From an uncultured Candidatus Binatia bacterium (GTDB lineage Bacteria > Desulfobacterota > Binatia > UBA9968 > JAJDTQ01), in assembly GCA_965242525.1 (NCBI GenBank), contig OZ251459.1:1024001-1088000 (forward strand): a stretch of 64,000 bases of DNA, written 5' to 3'. This document shows, one piece after another, positions 59,823-64,000 of the stretch. Position numbers and translations under genes: made by a program. The stretch's first letter is position 1; every line of letters begins with the position of its first letter. The notes under the pieces are model-generated. The model saw only the letters and a program-made list of their open reading frames with translations. It was not told the origin of the DNA and made no database searches.

Positions 59823-62012
59823 TCAAACCGGAGGCTCCGCGGCCAGCCGCTCCCGGAGGCCGGTCAGGCGGCTGGTGGAGCGGAGGTTCTTCACCGCCAT
59901 CCCCAGGGCCCGGGGTTGTCCGATTACGACCACCAGCCGCTTCCCGCGGGTCACCGCGGTGTACAGCAGGTTGCGTTGCAGCAGCAGGTAGTGCTGCATG
60001 GCCAGCGGGATGACCACCGCGGGGTACTCGGAGCCCTGGCTCTTGTGCACCGAGGTGGCGTAGGCCAGCGCCACTTCGTCCAGCTCCCCGAAGTCGTAGG
60101 GGACCGTGCGGTCGTCGAAGGCCACCTGGACGCTGCCCTCGTCCGGGTCCACCTGCGACACCTGCCCGATGTCCCCGTTGAAGACGTCCTTGTCGTAGTC
60201 GTTGACCGTCTGGATGACCTTGTCCCCGGGCGCGTAGGTCCAGCCGAAACGCTGGACCTGCGGTTCGGCGCCGGCGTTGAGCCGTTTCTGGAGCTCCAGG
60301 TTCAGGGAGCGGGTCCCCAGGCTGCCGCGGTTCATGGGGGTCAGCACCTGGATGTCCCGGATGGGGTTCATGCCGAAGCGCCGGGGGATGCGCTCGGTCA
60401 CCACCTGGAACAGCTTGTCGCAGATATCCTCCGGGGACTCCGCGGGGATGAAGTAGAAGTCCTGCAACTCGGCGCCCTCCCGGGTCTCGATGGGCTCGCC
60501 GGCGTTGATGCGGTGGGCGTTGACCACGATGCTGGAGGAAGCCGCCTGCCGGAAGATCTCCGTCAGCCGCACCGTGGGCACGCGCCCGGACTCGATGACG
60601 TCGTGCAGCACCGCGCCCGGGCCCACCGAGGGGAGCTGGTCCACGTCCCCCACCAGCAGCACCGCGGCATGGGACGGCGCCGCCTTGAGGAGGTGGTTCA
60701 TCAGCAGCACGTCCACCATGGAGACTTCGTCCACGATCAACAGGTCCGCGTCCAGGGGGTCGGCGTCGTTCTTGCGGAAGCCCATCTGCCTGGGGTCGAA
60801 CTCCAGCAGGCGGTGGATGGTCCTGGCCTCGGCGCGGGCGGACTCCGACAGCCGCTTGGCCGCGCGCCCGGTGGGCGCGCACAGCAGCACCTTCCCGATA
60901 CGGCCTTCCAGCAGCGTGAGCAGGCTGTTGACGATGGTGGTCTTGCCCACCCCGGGTCCCCCGGTCAATACCGTGACCTTGCCCTCGAGCACCGTTTCGA
61001 GGGCCTGGCGCTGGGAAGGGGAGAGGGTGACGCCGGTCAGGGCCTCTACCCGCGGCAGGGCGCCGGCGGCCTCCACGCGGCCCCAGGGCGGAAGGCCGGC
61101 GAGCAGGCGCCGGAGGTGGCCGGCCACCCCCGCTTCGGCGTGGTGGAGGGGCGCCAGGAAGACCGCTGGCTCGCCGCGCAGGGGTTCCTCCACCAGGTTG
61201 GCGGCCGCGGTCTCCAGCTCGACGGCCCGTTCCACCAGCTCGGGCGCCACCTCCAGGAGTTGCGAGGTGCGCTCCGCCAGCCCGCGCCGTTCCGCGGCGC
61301 AGTGTCCTTCCGACGACGACTCCCACAGCACGTGGTGCAGGGCGGCCCGCACCCGGATCATGGAATCGGGCGCGATGCCCAGCTTCCGGGCGATGACGTC
61401 CGCGGTGACGAAGCCGATGCCGCCGATGTCCAGGGCCAGGCGGTAGGGGTTGTCCCGGATGCGCCGGACCGCGTCTTCGCCATAGACCCGGTAGATGCGC
61501 GCGGCCCGGGCGCTGCCGATGCCGTGGGAGTGCAGGAAGACCATGATGTCCCGGACCGCCTTCTGCTCGCGCCACGCCTCGGTGACCCGGGCCTGGCGCT
61601 TGGCGCCGATGCCCTCCAGCGACCGGAGCCGTTCCGGCGTCCGTTCGATGACGTCGAACACCTCCGCGCCGAAGGCCTCCACCAACTGGTGCGCGAAGTG
61701 CGGGCCGATGCCCTTGATGAGACCCGACCCCAGGTACTTTTTCACTCCGTCGAGGGTGGTGGGAGGGACGATCTCCAAGGTCTCGGCGCGGAACTGGAGG
61801 CCGTAGGTGGAGTCGTTCACCCAGGCGCCGCGGCAGTCGATCTCTTCGCCCGGACCCACCGACGCGGCGCTGCCCACCACGGTGGCCAGTTCCCGGCGCC
61901 CCCGCACCTTGACCTGCAGGACGCAGAAGCCGGTGTCCTCGCCGTGGAAGGTGATGCGCTCCACCAGCCCCTGCAGGCGTTCTTCCTCGTGTTCGACCGG
62001 GTTGGCCGTCAT
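59823..62012 (-). CDS. recD2: ATP-dependent RecD2-like DNA helicase
   Basis: YLGSGLIKGIGP, GGPGVGKTT, APTGRAAKR, DEVSM, GDVDQLPSVGPG, HKSQGSEY and LYTAVTR motifs. Confidence 0.94.
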   Translation of the reverse strand: MTANPVEHEEERLQGLVERITFHGEDTGFCVLQVKVRGRRELATVVGSAASVGPGEEIDCRGAWVNDSTYGLQFRAETLEIVPPTTLDGVKKYLGSGLIKGIGPHFAHQLVEAFGAEVFDVIERTPERLRSLEGIGAKRQARVTEAWREQKAVRDIMVFLHSHGIGSARAARIYRVYGEDAVRRIRDNPYRLALDIGGIGFVTADVIARKLGIAPDSMIRVRAALHHVLWESSSEGHCAAERRGLAERTSQLLEVAPELVERAVELETAAANLVEEPLRGEPAVFLAPLHHAEAGVAGHLRRLLAGLPPWGRVEAAGALPRVEALTGVTLSPSQRQALETVLEGKVTVLTGGPGVGKTTIVNSLLTLLEGRIGKVLLCAPTGRAAKRLSESARAEARTIHRLLEFDPRQMGFRKNDADPLDADLLIVDEVSMVDVLLMNHLLKAAPSHAAVLLVGDVDQLPSVGPGAVLHDVIESGRVPTVRLTEIFRQAASSSIVVNAHRINAGEPIETREGAELQDFYFIPAESPEDICDKLFQVVTERIPRRFGMNPIRDIQVLTPMNRGSLGTRSLNLELQKRLNAGAEPQVQRFGWTYAPGDKVIQTVNDYDKDVFNGDIGQVSQVDPDEGSVQVAFDDRTVPYDFGELDEVALAYATSVHKSQGSEYPAVVIPLAMQHYLLLQRNLLYTAVTRGKRLVVVIGQPRALGMAVKNLRSTSRLTGLRERLAAEPPV

Positions 62013-62035
62013 GGGCGGGATCCGTTGGGGAACGA

Positions 62036-62138
62036 GCGCGTCCTTCGACTTCGCTTCGCTACGCTCAGGACGAACGGGAACCTTCACTTCGCTACGCTCG
62101 GGATGAACCGGAACCTTCGCTACGCTCGGGATGAACGA
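62036..62138 (+). repeat. Family A core followed by two tandem partial copies
   Basis: Full core, then CTTCGCTACGCTCGGGATGAAC x2. Confidence 0.88.
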
Positions 62139-62160
62139 GGGGCGTTGTCCGGAGTTTCCT

Positions 62161-62322
62161 GACGCCTCGGGAATTCGTGTGGGTTGTGGGACCCTCCACC
62201 CACATGATGAGGTCGCTTCCCTTCCATTCCGTCCATGCCGTCCTCGGTTTGGCGCCGCAGACACCTCACCTCGTCATTCCCGCGAAAGCGGGAATCCATC
62301 CCGCTCGAAAGCCGGAAGAGCC
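62161..62322. mobile_element. Degenerate family C MITE containing a family B copy (62272-62297)
   Basis: GACGCCTCGGGAATTCGTGTGGGT ... GAAAGCCGGAAGAGCC. Flanks AGTTTCCT and GGTTTCCC match at 6/8. Confidence 0.65.
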
Positions 62323-62385
62323 GGTTTCCCGATGTATCACGGATCGAGGGTCACGGGTCGGGAGGATGTCCTGCCGGCGCGGACC

Positions 62386-63327
62386 TCATCCGAGATGGGG
62401 GGCCACGTCTTCGGCCAGGAGCTCCAGGTGTTCCATCTCGTCGAAGGCGGGGTTGAGCAACAGGTGGCGGGCGCCGCTGCGCACCAGTTCGTTCAGCCGG
62501 TCGATGACCTCCTGGCGGCCTCCCCAGATGCACACGCGCGCGCCCAGGTCGGCGTTCTGGTAGCGCACCGCGAAGAACTCGCGCAGGCGTCGTTCCGCCC
62601 GGTCCCTGTGAGGATCCACCGCAAGGTAAACCCGCTTGGAGACCGCGAAGGTCGCCGGATCCCTGCCCGCCTCGTCCAGGAGACGGGCGATCCGGTCGTA
62701 CTCCTTGACGAAACGTTGGGTGTCGGACGACCCGGCCCCCATCCAGCCGTCGCCCAGGGCCACGGCCCGCCGCAACGCCGGCTCGGCATGACCGCCGAAC
62801 CACAGCGGCAAGGGCTGCTGCGCGGGCTTGGGTTCCATGGCCACGTCGGTGAAGTCCCAGAACCGTCCCCGGAAGCTGGCCCTTTCGTCCCGCCACAACG
62901 CCTTCATGACCTCGATGCCTTCCACGAAGCGGGTGACCCGGCCCTCCGGGGAATAGCCGAAGACGGTCTCGTCCTCGGGCCACTGCCGTCCCCGGACCCC
63001 GCCCAGGCCCACGCCGACGATGACCCGGCCGCGGCTCAACTGGTCCAGGCTGGCCAGGCTCTTGGCCAGTTGCAGGGGGTTGCGCAGCACCGTGAGCAGC
63101 ACGGAGCTGCCGATCTTCAACCGGGAAGTGACCGCGGCCGCGTAGGTCATGAGGGTCACCGGCTCCAGCATCGAGAAGGGGCTGAGGATCCTCTCCTGGG
63201 TCCAGAGGCTGTCGTAACCGAGCTCTTCGGCCCTGGCCACGAACCTCTTGACGTGATCGGGGTCCACGGGCGCGTCGATGAACACCTGGGGGATCTCGAT
63301 GCCGCAGGGTATGCGGTTCTCCGTCAT
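62386..63327 (-). CDS. LLM-class flavin-dependent oxidoreductase
   Basis: AEELGYDSLW, LAKSLASLDQLSRGR..GVGLG, PKPAQ and GDGWM motifs. Confidence 0.9.
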   Translation of the reverse strand: MTENRIPCGIEIPQVFIDAPVDPDHVKRFVARAEELGYDSLWTQERILSPFSMLEPVTLMTYAAAVTSRLKIGSSVLLTVLRNPLQLAKSLASLDQLSRGRVIVGVGLGGVRGRQWPEDETVFGYSPEGRVTRFVEGIEVMKALWRDERASFRGRFWDFTDVAMEPKPAQQPLPLWFGGHAEPALRRAVALGDGWMGAGSSDTQRFVKEYDRIARLLDEAGRDPATFAVSKRVYLAVDPHRDRAERRLREFFAVRYQNADLGARVCIWGGRQEVIDRLNELVRSGARHLLLNPAFDEMEHLELLAEDVAPHLG

Positions 63328-63490
63328 GTCCTCACCTGAAAGACGCCCGAAGGGAGCGCGTTTCCGTTCCGGCATCTGTATAGGCCATAACCGCGGGGAT
63401 GCCAAGGGAGAGGGTTGTCCGATGCAGGATGCCGCTGAAGGGGTGCGTGATTCCAATGGGGAATCGGAATACGCTGCGAAACCGGTTCGT

Positions 63491-64000
63491 TCATAGGTCC
63501 ATATCTACTACCCAGTGGCGTTGGCCTCGGGTTCCTCCGGGTCGTTGTCCCGTCCAGATGCGGGAGACAGGATAACCGGGGAGTGAAAGGACGGCGACGC
63601 ACTTCCCCTCGAACAGCACGGGGTACAGGAGGAACTGGATGAGGGGATCGTCCGAGCCGTACCATTTGTATTGTGGGGGCAGGTCCTTCGGGTCTTCCAG
63701 GGTCACGTCCACGAAGATCCTTCTCGGGTTCCATCCCGGTATCCATCCCGTTACCAGATCCCCCCAGACGCAGGGCTCCCTGACGAAGGTCAGGGTGTCG
63801 TCATCGAGATAGACATCGAAGCGGGAGCGCGCCGCAGGGTCTCCGGCGGACACTGCCTGTTGGTAGGCGGCCCGGTACCACTCGACGAAATCGGCGATAC
63901 CCGACGAATCATGCAGGAACACCTGTTGGTTCCGGGGTGTGAGCAGGGCGTCGCTCTCCACGCGGTCGGGGGTGACGATGAAGTCCGCGGCGCGGGCGGC
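63491..64000 (-). CDS. 3' end of a paralogue of the 41709-43808 membrane protein (5' end lies outside the window)
   Basis: The reverse complement is near-identical to 43285-43520 and homologous to the end of that gene. Confidence 0.88.
   Translation of the reverse strand, partial: AARAADFIVTPDRVESDALLTPRNQQVFLHDSSGIADFVEWYRAAYQQAVSAGDPAARSRFDVYLDDDTLTFVREPCVWGDLVTGWIPGWNPRRIFVDVTLEDPKDLPPQYKWYGSDDPLIQFLLYPVLFEGKCVAVLSLPGYPVSRIWTGQRPGGTRGQRHWVVDMDL

Overview
GC-rich Gram-negative bacterial chromosome segment. Gene content suggests a Deltaproteobacteria/Binatia-like, possibly host-associated organism (inference only). Housekeeping blocks: comEC end, hisS-aspS, def, an Rrf2-sufBCDSU-sufT operon, lysS-lolE-lolD, a bamA-skp-lpxD-fabZ-lpxA-lpxI-(gnnA-like)-lpxB-msbA-waaA-lpxK-kdkA-like envelope operon, infA, rpiA, rmuC, frmA and recD2, plus several hydrolases and oxidoreductases. 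Accessory content: a decaying defence island (an R-M gene broken by an IS1380 element and frameshifts, a DUF262 gene, an ATPase cut at its Walker A), a TbpB-like surface lipoprotein inserted between lolD and bamA, and an inverted pair of paralogous membrane-protein genes with diversified C-terminal domains. The intergenic DNA is a nested set of small elements: family A (IS5-like-ended MITE), family B (CGTC/dRS3-like palindrome), family C (ISL3-like-ended MITE) and family D (in-gene REP-like). The most striking signal is a reconstructable GIY-YIG nuclease relic lying between inverted family-B palindromes. Two family-A copies appear to be co-opted into coding sequence. All family assignments come from recognising motifs by eye; no searches were run.
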